Part shown: positions 21,530 through 32,795 of the stretch, piece after piece
Layout of the letters: the number at the start of each line of letters is the position of its first letter
How positions within the stretch are numbered: position 1 is the first letter of the stretch
NCBI GenBank assembly: GCA_019058275.1
Contig: JAHLVW010000022.1
Span: forward strand, 1-52,318
Direction: 5' to 3'
DNA from: Candidatus Heimdallarchaeota archaeon
GTDB lineage: Archaea; Asgardarchaeota; Heimdallarchaeia; JABLTI01
DNA length: 52,318 bases
Made by a program: the position numbers and the translations under genes
Notes under the pieces: generated by a model
The model's database searches: none
What the model was told of the DNA's origin: nothing
Seen by the model: the letters and a program-made list of their open reading frames with translations, nothing else

Positions 21530-22564
21530 TCATTGAAGGTAAAATTGCCAGACCCAATCAACAGCAGCGTGCAGAAATGCTGCTCCAAATAAACCACTTT
21601 TACGCCAAACATAGCCATAAGCTATTCCTGCACATGTAGCAAAAAGAATGTAGTACCAGACGTACTCTGGAGAAGTGTTGTTCCAATGAGAAAGACCAAA
21701 GATGAAAGAGACAAAAAGAAGCGTGTAACGTTTAGTATGAGGATCTTTGAATTTCTTATCTAATTCATTAAGGACCACTCCTCGAAAAATGAATTCCTCA
21801 GGAAGAGCAATAGTAAGGTAAATGGCAATAAAAACCAGCGTTTTCATCCAAGGTTCAGTAGTAGTATCAACATTCCAGTAGAGAAAACCAGTAGCTAGAC
21901 CAATGGGAGTTATAACAACTAGCAATAATGGTATCATTAAGAAGGAGTATTTTATACTTGCAATAGTTGGTTTGGAGTTCACTTTATTAGTCTCTTTTTG
22001 ATTAAAAGGAGCATAGATGATAAGCAGGAGCTGAACAACCCAGAGAGTCGTTAAATTGTAACCGAGGTCTTGATAGCTGTCAAAGAGAACCATAGTATGT
22101 CGATGATCAAAACCAATCCAAAGCAAAAGAGCACTAATAATAATAAAAATTGAGCGATTAGGGTTTGAGGGGGAGATAGTTAAACCAATAATCATGAGTG
22201 AGATTGGTAGAATATACCAAGTAAGGAAAATAGTAATTGTACTAGCAGTTAGTGTTTCACCAATAATAGAAATAAGAAAGAAAGGAAGAATAAGGGAAAG
22301 GAAAGAAAGGTTAACGAAATCAACCTTATTTTTGTGAATGAATTGTTCATATCTGTCCATGATACCCTTCTTGCTAAAAATAAACACACCTGAAACCCAA
22401 ATGAAACTGAGAAAAGCTGCTAGAACAGTTTTTAGAGCTGTTTCTTGAGGAAAGAGAAAAACAAGGGCAAAAGACAGCGAACCAGTTATAAAGCTAGATA
22501 CAATTAACCAGAAAGAATTGGAATAAATAAAGAGCTTTTTTTCTGTCAGTATACTCTGTATCAT
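21530..22564 (-). CDS. CPBP (Abi / CAAX type II) intramembrane glutamic protease
   Basis: Multi-TM; PEEFIFRG, FGLSH, AFLHAAVD. Confidence 0.92.
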   Translation of the reverse strand: MIQSILTEKKLFIYSNSFWLIVSSFITGSLSFALVFLFPQETALKTVLAAFLSFIWVSGVFIFSKKGIMDRYEQFIHKNKVDFVNLSFLSLILPFFLISIIGETLTASTITIFLTWYILPISLMIIGLTISPSNPNRSIFIIISALLLWIGFDHRHTMVLFDSYQDLGYNLTTLWVVQLLLIIYAPFNQKETNKVNSKPTIASIKYSFLMIPLLLVVITPIGLATGFLYWNVDTTTEPWMKTLVFIAIYLTIALPEEFIFRGVVLNELDKKFKDPHTKRYTLLFVSFIFGLSHWNNTSPEYVWYYILFATCAGIAYGYVWRKSGLFGAAFLHAAVDWVWQFYLQ

Positions 22565-22625
22565 AAATCAAAGTTAGTATTTGCATTGAAAAAACTTCTT
22601 GAAAAAAGAAAATGCTTTAGATGAT

Positions 22626-22835
22626 TCAACTACATCGTATACAAGACCTTCTTCTACCACAAGAGTCTTGACAAAAAGCATCACAACAGCAGTTACAACA
22701 ACAATGGGCAACATCTTCATTAGCATCACGTAAGATGAAAATTCTAAACAATTCATAAAAAATGCTTATAGTCCACAAGCAAAAACCGTTTTTGTTTCTA
22801 AATATCCCATTCAGTAATTTTGATGTTTTTTTCAT
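22626..22835 (-). CDS. Small Cys-rich putative membrane peptide (69 aa)
   Basis: ATG start preceded by GGGATTT (also found before 25147 and 45514); hydrophobic stretch then CCCNCCC...C...C...C..C. Confidence 0.5.
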   Translation of the reverse strand: MKKTSKLLNGIFRNKNGFCLWTISIFYELFRIFILRDANEDVAHCCCNCCCDAFCQDSCGRRRSCIRCS

Positions 22836-23001
22836 CTAAATCCCAAACCAGACAAATACTCTAGTTGTTTCATTACTTTTTTTGAGAAAAATAAACTTTT
22901 TTGTATTGAATTTAGTTGGTGCAAAGGTAACAAAATGTGACCTCATATAGTGAATCTGCTTTTTAAAGAAAGATAATCTACTAAAGTAGAGATGATATTA
23001 G

Positions 23002-24469
23002 ATGATGAAAACATTCAATTTGCAAATTGCAAAAGAAAGATTAGACGGGCTTGATACCTATCTCGAAGAAGCGATAGTTAAAAGAAAAGTTCTTGGTTTA
23101 GGGATTTCTATAGTTGTTGATAATGAGATCATTTATTCCAAGGGATTTGGTTTTCGCGATTTGAAGAAGCAAGAAAAAACGATAAAGGATACAGTATTCC
23201 CAATAGGTTCTTCAACAAAATCGTTTACATCAACAGCCATAGCAATGTTAGTAGAAGACGGCTTACTTGAATGGGATAAACCAGTAAAAAACTACTGCTC
23301 AGAATTTAAATTCAAAGATTCATACATAAATGAGAATGTAACCATTCAAGATATTCTAGGGCATAGAACAGCATTACCTGGACACGATTTCGTTTGGTTT
23401 TGAACCAGAAATAACCTATATGGATAAAATACAGTACTTAGATACCACTAGACCATTCAGAACGACATTTCAATACTGTAACATTCTCTATTGTTCTGCA
23501 TCAGAATTAATTGAAAAATTAACAGGAAAGGGCTATGCGGAATTTGTCCAAGAGAGAATACTAAATCCTTTAGATATGAAAAAGACATTTTTCTCAAGGA
23601 AAGCTGTAAAAAAAGAAGATGATTGTGCTACTTTATACAAAGAAGAGAATGATGAAATCGTTGAGAGTACAGATCATGATCTTAAGCTGGCGAAAGGATC
23701 GGGAAGTATAAGTTCAACAGCAGAGGATATGGCAAAATTTCTACTTTTCCACTTAAATAAAGGAAAGATAAATGGTGAAGAACTAGTATCTGAATCAAAT
23801 ATACTTAAAACTCATTTACCAACAACAATCATAAGATCATGCTCAATGCTAAATAACTTGTATCCCGAAGAAAGAATAGTTCATTCACAAAGTTATGTAC
23901 ATGGATGGATTTGTGAAACATATCGAGGAAACAGAATAAATTACCATGCAGGTAGTTATCAAGGATGTTGCCACATAGCTTGTTTCCTACCAGACCTAAA
24001 AATAGGCATTGATATCTTAACGAATACACTCGAGAGTTTTCTAGGACATATACTTCATTATCACATTATAGATAGGTTGTTAGGACTAGAACAAATAGAT
24101 TACTTGGCAATCGGCGAAACGATTATGACTTCAATAAACGAGAATAAGAAGAAAAGAGAAGAAAAATCAGAGAAAGAAAGAATAAAGAACACGAAACATT
24201 CTCACAAACTTGAAGATTATATTGGGACATATCAACACCCAGCATACTCAGAATTCGAGTTCAAGCTTGAAAACAATAAATTAATCGTTAATCTTGGAAT
24301 ACATACAAGTGAAGTAACTCATTATCATTATGAAACTTTTGAAATCAAGCTGGATTTATTTGATATTTCAATTTTAGCTACTTTTGAGACAAATCAAAAA
24401 GGAATAGTACACGGATTGCGAATACAAACAGAACCAGCGTTAGAACCAGCATTTTTCAAGAAGGTTTAA
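23002..24469 (+). pseudogene. Serine hydrolase (beta-lactamase class C / AmpC-like) with C-terminal DUF3471-like domain, frameshifted near 23400
   Basis: SSTK (SxxK) in ORF 23002-23403; YCN and HAG in 23420-24469. Deleting one T from tggttttgaa restores WF-EPEITY-MDKIQYL. Confidence 0.85.
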
Positions 24470-24503
24470 ATCATCTTTCAAAAAGAATCAATAACATTTA
24501 CTA

Positions 24504-24947
24504 TTATTGATTTTTCTCAATTATTTTTTTCAGGTTTTTGCCTTCTTCTTTCATATGCTTTATTAATTGCTTTTTTTGCTCACTAGCAAATCTAGTTAAT
24601 AATCTACCAAAACGAAAATCAAGAGTCGCAGTAAAAAGTGTACTTTCTCCTTTTGGCTCGAAAACAAATTTTCCCCTAGTAGAAATAAGATTCCCAGGGA
24701 AAAGCATTTTGTATCGTATTAATCTATTCGGAATCACTTCTATCGTTCGAAATTTCATTTTGTGATTTTTACCATGCAAATATTCTTCTGAGTAGAGAAT
24801 TGATCCAACTTCAAATGGGTTACCTTTTTGCCATTCAGCTTTGATATGATCAGGGTGCCAATCACAATAGTTTTCAGAAAGCTTTAGGAACCATTGAAAG
24901 ATTTTTTCCAGTTTTGCTTTTATTTTAATTGTATCAATTAATTCCAT
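24504..24947 (-). CDS. SRPBCC (START/Bet v1-like) family protein
   Basis: I.I.A..EKIF, Y..WHPDH, VGS, C-terminal EG.NLKKIIE helix. Confidence 0.8.
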   Translation of the reverse strand: MELIDTIKIKAKLEKIFQWFLKLSENYCDWHPDHIKAEWQKGNPFEVGSILYSEEYLHGKNHKMKFRTIEVIPNRLIRYKMLFPGNLISTRGKFVFEPKGESTLFTATLDFRFGRLLTRFASEQKKQLIKHMKEEGKNLKKIIEKNQ

Positions 24948-25146
24948 TTTCCACACTCATTTTGCACAATACTTTATTACCATCAAAAATTTTTGTATAA
25001 GACTTTAAAACTTGATTCATAAATAGATGATATTACAGATAAATTGAATTAATGGAAGAATTTAATCTCCTAATCAGCAAAAGATACAAAAAGCTTCAAA
25101 TGGAATTTATCTAAATTATAAAAATAAAATTTGTAAGGGATTTGCA

Positions 25147-25491
25147 ATGAGTGATAACCAATACAAAAGTGAATACCAAACGCTAAGCTTCTACTCCATA
25201 GGAGGAAAATGGGGCTATGCGATAATGCGATTAATGGATTCAAGTAAAGTAATGAAAGTAAGGTTAGCTAAATGTAAAAAGAATGATGACTTTCCTCAAA
25301 GTAAAAAATATGAGTGGACAGATATTCCAGTAGAACATGTGGCTAATTTTAGCCAAGTGCAAAAAATAAACTTCAAACCAACAGATAATTTCCAAAATCT
25401 AGCTGATATGATTATCAAGGAACTTGCTGTTGTTCAAGAACTTAATGAAGCTCAAGAAGGTAAAGAGAAGACTGAAGAGCCAACTGAATAG
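25147..25491 (+). CDS. Small conserved-looking protein, possibly PC4/Whirly-like ssDNA-binding fold
   Basis: Clean ORF; beta-strand pattern (KWGYAIMRL, KVRLAK, QVQKINFK) followed by an amphipathic helix. The fold call is tentative. Confidence 0.55.
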   Translation: MSDNQYKSEYQTLSFYSIGGKWGYAIMRLMDSSKVMKVRLAKCKKNDDFPQSKKYEWTDIPVEHVANFSQVQKINFKPTDNFQNLADMIIKELAVVQELNEAQEGKEKTEEPTE

Positions 25492-25516
25492 GCTTCAAAC
25501 ATAAATTAATAAAATA

Positions 25517-25532
25517 AGGGGAAAATTCCCCT
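25517..25532 (-). terminator. Hairpin AGGGGAA-AA-TTCCCCT
   Basis: 7-bp inverted repeat between convergent genes, U-rich downstream on the minus strand. Confidence 0.5.
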
Positions 25533-25537
25533 GAATT

Positions 25538-28241
25538 TTAACCCAACCCTTTCTTACGTCTAAATAATATTGATACAGCTGTTAAGGAAGCTGCGGTACC
25601 AACATTTACAATCACTAAAGTACTAATAATCCCTTTCAAGGCTGGCGAAAGCTGAGAAGTATCATTAGTTTCAGTTGGTGTTGGTGAATGATCTATTTCT
25701 GGGTAATCATTGGGATCATTTGGATTTGTATTGTATAAAATTTCAGTAGAATCAATAAACAAATCGTTATCCGAATCAGGATTTAATGGATTTGTATGAA
25801 CGTAACCTGTGGCATTTGCTCCAGGATTTGATGGTGTATAAATGCCTAAAACCTCGTTACCGTCTTCAAGCAAATCATCATCTGTATCGGCATCATTGGG
25901 GTCAGTATTGTGATTGTATTCTTTTATGTTGTAAAAATTGTCATTATCTGGATCATAAATGGAATCATCAATTAAAGGATTAAGATTATTATCTACTTCC
26001 CACCCATCGGGCATACCATCAGAGTCTGTATCGGGATTATTTGGATTAGTATTTGCTAGGTATTCATCAATGTTAACAAGGTTATCTGTATCAGGATCAT
26101 CTGTAGAATCATCTGATAAAGGATTCAGTGAATATTCTACTTCCCATCCATCATCCATACCATCATTATCGGTATCAAAATCAGCTGGATCAGTTAGATA
26201 GTAATACACTTCTTCACTATCAATTAGTCCATCAGAATCTGAATCATGATTATTAGTATCAGTATAGTAGGTTGTATCCTCTAAATAATCAGACAGGTTA
26301 TCTCCATCATTATCTAAAATGATGATTTCTACTCCTTGTGAAAAGGATGCAACATAAGCAATGCCATCAACTACCTCAAGTTCTTGACTCATTCCGCCAT
26401 CATCATATTGTCCAATTACTATTGGAGTAGTAGGATCACTACAGTTATAGATGACTAAACCTTGTCCAAAATGAGTAGCATAAAGGAATTCGTCTTCGGC
26501 AGAAACACAGTAGGTATAATTGAATTCTTGATAATCTCCAACCTCAACAATATCAGATACATTACTAACGTCAAAGATTCTTATTCCAAAATCCAAATCA
26601 GCCAAGTAGCAATAATCTCCAGAAACAGTGACATCTCTAATATTATACATACTCGCAATGGAATCTGTTATTGTTGGATTGTTGATATCAGTAATATTTA
26701 GAATAGTTAATCCTTCGCTTAAATCAGCTACAAACGCATAATTTCCCCTAACATAAGTACTATATGGGTAATCATCTTCTAAAACTAGTTTAATAAGAGA
26801 GATATTTTGAGTATCTGTAATATTATAAATAAAAATACCATCATAACCTGCTGATAGGAAGGCATAGTTATTATGTATACAGACATTAATAATGTATTCT
26901 GATAATAAGATTACATTAACTACTTCTGGATTGCTTGGATTACTTACATCAACAACTCCTAAGTAAGTACTGTTAATTATCAAATAGGCTAAATTATTCC
27001 GAACAGCTATAGATGTTATAATAGATATCCCAGGAAATTCTATGTTTCCCATTAGTATAGTTTCTAAAGGATTGCTAACATCAAGAATATAAAGACCCTT
27101 TTGAGCATTAGCTAAATAAGCAAAACCATTTTCTACATAAACATCAACAATATCTCCGCCAAAATCAAAGGTAGTTACATAAGATGGATTGTAGGGATCT
27201 AATCCATTAACAACTATCAAACCTTTACCAAGATCTGTTAGGAAAATAGAATCACCACTTGCCTTTATACTTCTTTGGGCAATAAAATCTAGAGGGATTT
27301 CACCTAATTTTTCTGGTTTAGAAAGGTTGTTAACAGAAATAACCTCGACTATACCATTTCCGAGATTATATAGTAGATCATCCTTTTTATCGATGCGATA
27401 AGAATAAGCTCCAAAATTGGTTTCATTAATTAATGTTGGATTTAAGACATCAGTAAAATTAACTATTTGAACAGAATTGTCAGCTGATAAGTAACCAATA
27501 TTCCCATCAATAACTAGATCAGAAAACAGAATTAGCTCCATAATAGGTGGTAATTTGGTAAGTAGTTAAGGGATCAGAAACATTCATCACTCGTAAATAA
27601 AAACTACTTTGCATCATTACATAGGCATAACTACCATTAGCAACGACATTGGTTACTCTATCACCAAAATCGTACCTAAAAAGATGTTGTGGATCCGAAA
27701 CATCAAAGATATCAAGACCATAGTTATAATTAGCAACAAAAGCTAAATTTCCAAGAACATCTACACTATAACAGTAGTAGTTATCTTCTTTGTAAACACC
27801 AACTTTGGTGATGTTTTCAGGATTAGAGATATCAAGTATAGCGAATCCCTCACCATAGAAACCAGTATAAACATAATCTCCCTGAACACATAAATCATTA
27901 GCATATCCTTCACCTTCGTATTGTCCTATAAAGGTTGGAGTAGATAGATTACTTATATCCATAATTACCAATCCCCCATATTTAGCTGCTATATAAGCAT
28001 AATCACCTTGAATATCAACTTCATATGGCATGCCATAGCTATCATCCCAAGAATTAAGTTCAGAGCAACCAAAACCCGTGGAATATAAACCAGAGGAAAC
28101 ATCCTTCGAGTTGTTTATATGTTTGGAATCTAATCTGAGATTTTCTTTACAAGTCTCACTCGAAACTTCAGAAAAAGTTGGATTGATAAGTGAGAAAATT
28201 AAACAAATAATTACTATAGTTTTGTATGTTCCTTTATGCAA
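25538..28241 (-). pseudogene. LVIVD-repeat + thrombospondin-3-like (DxDxDG) stalk + TM surface protein, frameshifted near 27525
   Basis: ORFs 27519-28256 and 25538-27541 join as ..YGANS/L-FSDLVIDG. Likely TTG start at 28241 after SD GGAGGA. Tail FRRKKGLG. Confidence 0.85.
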
Positions 28242-28418
28242 TACATTGTCCTCCAATTTTTAGAAATAGAAAAACTAGCTATACTTAGGCATCTTCCCCT
28301 AAAAATTTTCTTGAAATAAAGGAACAAATATAGATTAAGTAAAAGGTAATTTTTAAGTGAAATGTGAGGAATTATCTGACTAAAACTCTCATTTTATATT
28401 AAAAAAAAATAAAGAAGA

Positions 28419-28442
28419 ATACACTAAAACAAATTAGTGTAT
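28419..28442 (-). terminator. Hairpin ATACACTAA-N6-TTAGTGTAT plus U tract
   Basis: Identical copy at 31070-31093 behind the paralogue. Confidence 0.65.
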
Positions 28443-28470
28443 CAATTCTAAAGATCATAATATCATTTTA

Positions 28471-30294
28471 CTAGTGTTTCTTCTTTTTATTATATCTAAC
28501 AATTATTGCAATTGTGATTGCGATTAAAGCAAGATCTCCAAGACCTATAGCAGTGGATAACCAGCCAGGAGTTTCTTCAGTAGTTGTTGTTTCAGGAAAA
28601 TCATCTGGATCTAGAGGGTCGGTTTCATTATCAACTTCGTCTCCATCAGAATAACCATCCCCATCTGTGTCATTGTCATTGGGATCTGTTCCATAGGTAT
28701 TTACTTCTTCAACATTTGTTAAACCATCGTTATCTGAATCAAGGTCTGTATCTGCAACCAAAGGATCGGTGAAGTAAAGAAAAACTTCCTCACCATCTGC
28801 TAGACCGTCTCCGTCCGTATCAGTATCAGTAGGATCAGTTTCATAGGTGTTTATTTCCTCGCCATCTGTGAGGTCATCGCCATCTGTATCAGCATCTGAT
28901 GGATCAGTACCATAGAAGAAGACTTCATCACCATCATCAATATCATCTTCATCTGTATCTGCTACATCAGGATTTGTTCCATAGAAATCTTCAGTAGTGT
29001 CATCAATGAGGTCACTATCAGAATCCATACAACCCGTTCTGAAATAAGAGCCTTGATAAGTATACCATGGAGCATCGCCAGATGCTGTAGCACCAGTTAA
29101 CTCTAAGCAATAAACGTCGAAATCATAGCAGCCAAATATTAATTCCATTACTCCATCATTATTTATGTCAGCACATGTTGGTGGATTATAAACTACGTCA
29201 TCCACTAAATAAGAAAATTCCAATGTTCCAGTGTGACTTAAGCAAATGAGATTACTAAAATCATCGCCATATAGAACTTCTAAAGTATTATCATCATCTA
29301 AATCAACAATAGAAGCAGTACCAAAAAGTGTACCGCTAGAAGTATAATCCCATTCTTTAGTACCTGTATGACTTAAACAATACATATAACCATCATATGA
29401 TCCAATAAGAACCTCAAGAGTATTATCACCATCAAGATCTGCAACTGCCGGAGAAGCTTGTATCTTAGATCCAGTTGTAAAGTTCCATTCAGATCCACCT
29501 GTATGGTTTAGACAATAGACTTTGTGATCTATTGAAGCAAAAACAATTTCTAAATCATTGTCATTATCAAGATCAGCTATTGCTGCAGAGCTAAAAACAA
29601 TAGAATCAGCAGTAAAGGACCATTCTACTGTACCTGTATGACTTAGACAATAAGTAGTATTATCTCCTGAACCTACTACAACTTCTAAAGTTCCATCATC
29701 ATCAAGGTCTGCTAATGCGGGTGCACCTGCAACTGGACCACCAGTTTCATAGGCCCATTCATAATTACCTTCATGATCTAAACAATAAGTTTTGTTGTCA
29801 AAAGAACCAAATAGTATTTCGAGCGTGCCATCTGCATCTAAATCACCTACAGAAACTGAATTAAACAACATATCACCAGCTGAGTAAGCCCATTCTTGAG
29901 TTCCTGTGTGACTTAGACAATATACTTTACTATCCATACTAGCAACCAGAATTTCTAATGTACCATCATCATCTAGATCAACTATTGTTGGTGATGATCC
30001 TATTGAACCACCAGCTGTAAATGACCATTCTTCTGCTCCCAAATGGTTAAGGCAATAAACCTCGGTATTATGAGATCCAAAGATTATTTCATATGTTCCA
30101 TCTTTGTCTAGGTCGACAATTGCAGGAGAAGTAATTACATAACCACTAGTTGAAAAATCCCACAATTTTGATACACCTAGAGCTTGCGGATTAAGTTCCG
30201 GCATTTCATCCGAAACAAGAGCATAAGCTCCAAAAGGAGTTATTAATATTGAAGCAATCAATATCACAATTATTACATTTAATTTATGAGTCAC
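28471..30294 (-). CDS. FG-GAP/PQQ-like 8-repeat propeller + about 6 TSP3-like repeats + TM anchor (copy A)
   Basis: Eight SP.I.DLD.DG..E...YCL repeats, DTDGDG repeats, PGW-TM-KKKKH; SD GGAGGGTGA. Confidence 0.92.
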   Translation of the reverse strand: MTHKLNVIIVILIASILITPFGAYALVSDEMPELNPQALGVSKLWDFSTSGYVITSPAIVDLDKDGTYEIIFGSHNTEVYCLNHLGAEEWSFTAGGSIGSSPTIVDLDDDGTLEILVASMDSKVYCLSHTGTQEWAYSAGDMLFNSVSVGDLDADGTLEILFGSFDNKTYCLDHEGNYEWAYETGGPVAGAPALADLDDDGTLEVVVGSGDNTTYCLSHTGTVEWSFTADSIVFSSAAIADLDNDNDLEIVFASIDHKVYCLNHTGGSEWNFTTGSKIQASPAVADLDGDNTLEVLIGSYDGYMYCLSHTGTKEWDYTSSGTLFGTASIVDLDDDNTLEVLYGDDFSNLICLSHTGTLEFSYLVDDVVYNPPTCADINNDGVMELIFGCYDFDVYCLELTGATASGDAPWYTYQGSYFRTGCMDSDSDLIDDTTEDFYGTNPDVADTDEDDIDDGDEVFFYGTDPSDADTDGDDLTDGEEINTYETDPTDTDTDGDGLADGEEVFLYFTDPLVADTDLDSDNDGLTNVEEVNTYGTDPNDNDTDGDGYSDGDEVDNETDPLDPDDFPETTTTEETPGWLSTAIGLGDLALIAITIAIIVRYNKKKKH

Positions 30295-30416
30295 AGTTTA
30301 TCACCCTCCTGGGATATAATATGACTTGTATATAATTTAACAATGAAGCATTTAGATTTTTCTCTAATATTTCAGTAAAAGGAATATACACAAATTTATA
30401 TCCTCAATGCTTTTTT
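30295..30416 (-). repeat. Near-identical 5' non-coding block (copy A)
   Basis: Differs from 32796-32916 at only 3 positions (2 substitutions, 1 indel). Confidence 0.9.
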
Positions 30417-30419
30417 GTC

Positions 30420-30952
30420 GCCTTTTCAATTCCAATAACCGTTTTATCTGAATCTGCTTTCAATAATCCTTTACTAGAATCCAAGATAACTTACTGATTT
30501 ATCCCAAGGATCCTTGATAATAGCACATTTACCAATTATAATTTCAAAAGGACTTGATATGGCTTTCCTATCTGCTTTTGTGCTTTTCTTTATAGAGGTA
30601 TAATTAATAGTTAAATAACTACTTCTCATAGCTGCAGTCGAAACAACAGAACGAATAGAATAACAGGAGAAAAATTACTGAAAGTAATCCAAAGTTTAAC
30701 TTCGAATTAAAGACGTAATCGGAAAATTTTATCAGTAATTTTAATTATTTCATTAGTCTTTTCACTTAATTCATCTTTATCAAGTTCAGTTTGGTTATCT
30801 AAACTTTCTTTTAATTCCAAGAACCTTTTCCTCTCTTTTTCATATTTTTCAAAAACATTTAACTCATGTAAAACATTCTGAAAAACATTCATTTCAGGTC
30901 ACATTCCGATTAGATATTCATATTCAAAATAAAATTCAATGGATTATTTCAT
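30420..30952 (-). pseudogene. Degraded gene fragments between the FG-GAP paralogues
   Basis: Short interrupted frames including the 61-aa ORF 30707-30892, with stops upstream. Confidence 0.35.
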
Positions 30953-31069
30953 GGTGCCAATGTAAATGCTAATACATTTGAAGAAAAAAACATTTCAAAA
31001 TAAATAAAGAAAAAATCTGAAAATCTCTTCTTCAAGAAGTAAAAATTTTTATTAAAAAAATAAAGAAGA

Positions 31070-31093
31070 ATACACTAAAACAAATTAGTGTAT
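31070..31093 (-). terminator. Hairpin ATACACTAA-N6-TTAGTGTAT plus U tract
   Basis: Identical to 28419-28442. Confidence 0.65.
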
Positions 31094-31121
31094 CAGTATT
31101 AAGAATCATATCGTTATTTTA

Positions 31122-32795
31122 CTAGTGTTTCTTCTTTTTATTATATCTAACAATTATTGCTATTGTGATAGCGATTAGTGCAAGGTCACCAATACCCATA
31201 GCAGTGGATAACCAACCAGGGGTTTCTTCAGTAGGATAAACTTCAGGATCTAGAGGGTCGGTTTCATTACCAACTTCGTCACCATCAGAATAACCATCAT
31301 CATCTGTGTCATCATCAAGAGGGTCAGTATCATAGGTGTTTATTTCCTCACCATCTGTAAGACCATCACCATCTGTATCTGCTAGTGTTGGATCTGTACC
31401 ATAGAAGAAGACTTCATCCCAGTCATTAATAGTATCGGAGTCAGTATCTGAATCATCAGTATCTGTGCCAAAGAAATCCTCAGTAGTATCATCAATGAGG
31501 TCACTATCAGAATCCATACAACCAGTTCTAAAGTAAGAACCTTGATAAGTATACCAAGGAGCATCGCCAGATGCTGTAACACCGGTCAATTCTAAACAAT
31601 AAAGATCGAAGTCATAGCTGCCAAATACTACTTCCATAATTCCATCGTTATCAATGTCAACACATGTTGGAGGATTTAAAAGTATGTCATAAACTGCAAA
31701 GGAAGTTTCTAATGATCCAGTATGACTTAGACAATATAACGTACCAGAAACACCATACTCACCTTGGCCATATAGAATTTCAAAAGTATTATCACCATCT
31801 AAATCAGCAATAACGGGAGAACCAAAAATTGGTTTACCTCCAGTATAGTCCCATTCTTTTGTTCCTGTGTGACTTAAACAATACAAATAACCATCATATG
31901 ATCCAACAAGAACCTCGAGAGTGTTATCACCATCAAGATCAGCAACTGCAGGGGAACCATTTATTACATATCCTGTAGTGAAGTTCCATTCAAATCCACC
32001 AGTATGATTTAGACAATAGACTTTGTTATCTATAGAACCAAAAACAATTTCTAAATCATTATCATTGTCAAGATCAGCTATTACTGCAGAACTAGAAACT
32101 GCATTATCAGCAGTATAGGACCATTCTAAAGTACCTGTGTGACTAAGGCAGTAAGTGGTATTATCTGATGAACCTATTATAACTTCTAAAGTTCCATCAT
32201 CATCAAGGTCTGCTAATGAAGGAACTGATACAATCCAATGATCTGTTTCATAGTCCCATTCGTAATTACCTTCATGATCTAAACAATAGGTTTTGTTGTC
32301 ATAAGAACCGAATAATATTTCGAGTGTTCCATCTTCATCTAAATCACCAACAGAAACTGAATTAGCCATCATTCCACCAGTTGTGTAAGACCATTCTTGA
32401 GTTCCAGCGTGACTGAGACAATATACTTTATAATCAGCACTTGTAACTAGAATTTCCATAGTACCATCATCATCGAGATCAGCGATCGTTGGTGATGAAG
32501 TTACCTCAGCACCAGTTGTGTAAGACCATTCTTGAGTTCCCAAATGGTTTATACAATAAACAATGTGATCATGAGAACCAAAGATTATTTCACAAGTTCC
32601 ATCTTTGTCAAGGTCGACGATTGCAGGTGAACCAGCTATATAACTACCCGTTGTAAAATCCCATAATTTTGAAAATGCTACTGCATCAGGATTAACTACA
32701 GGTTTTTCATCATTAACAAAAGCATAAGCTCCTAATGGAGAAATTAGTATAGATATAACCAACATCACAATAATTGCATTTAATTTATGAGTCAT
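31122..32795 (-). CDS. FG-GAP/PQQ-like 8-repeat propeller + about 4 TSP3-like repeats + TM anchor (copy B)
   Basis: Colinear paralogue of 28471-30294 with a shorter stalk. Confidence 0.92.
   Translation of the reverse strand: MTHKLNAIIVMLVISILISPLGAYAFVNDEKPVVNPDAVAFSKLWDFTTGSYIAGSPAIVDLDKDGTCEIIFGSHDHIVYCINHLGTQEWSYTTGAEVTSSPTIADLDDDGTMEILVTSADYKVYCLSHAGTQEWSYTTGGMMANSVSVGDLDEDGTLEILFGSYDNKTYCLDHEGNYEWDYETDHWIVSVPSLADLDDDGTLEVIIGSSDNTTYCLSHTGTLEWSYTADNAVSSSAVIADLDNDNDLEIVFGSIDNKVYCLNHTGGFEWNFTTGYVINGSPAVADLDGDNTLEVLVGSYDGYLYCLSHTGTKEWDYTGGKPIFGSPVIADLDGDNTFEILYGQGEYGVSGTLYCLSHTGSLETSFAVYDILLNPPTCVDIDNDGIMEVVFGSYDFDLYCLELTGVTASGDAPWYTYQGSYFRTGCMDSDSDLIDDTTEDFFGTDTDDSDTDSDTINDWDEVFFYGTDPTLADTDGDGLTDGEEINTYDTDPLDDDTDDDGYSDGDEVGNETDPLDPEVYPTEETPGWLSTAMGIGDLALIAITIAIIVRYNKKKKH

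Noticed and set aside
22574-22756. Alternative 60-aa frame overlapping the Cys-rich peptide
   Set aside because: It overlaps the ATG-started frame that has the leader motif; kept only as the alternative hypothesis.
23002-24469. Antibiotic-resistance beta-lactamase
   Set aside because: SxxK/YxN serine hydrolases with this C-terminal domain are widespread peptidases/esterases; no signal peptide and no evidence of resistance function.
2293-32795. Diversity-generating retroelement acting on surface proteins
   Set aside because: No reverse transcriptase and no template/variable repeat pair with adenine-specific differences seen.
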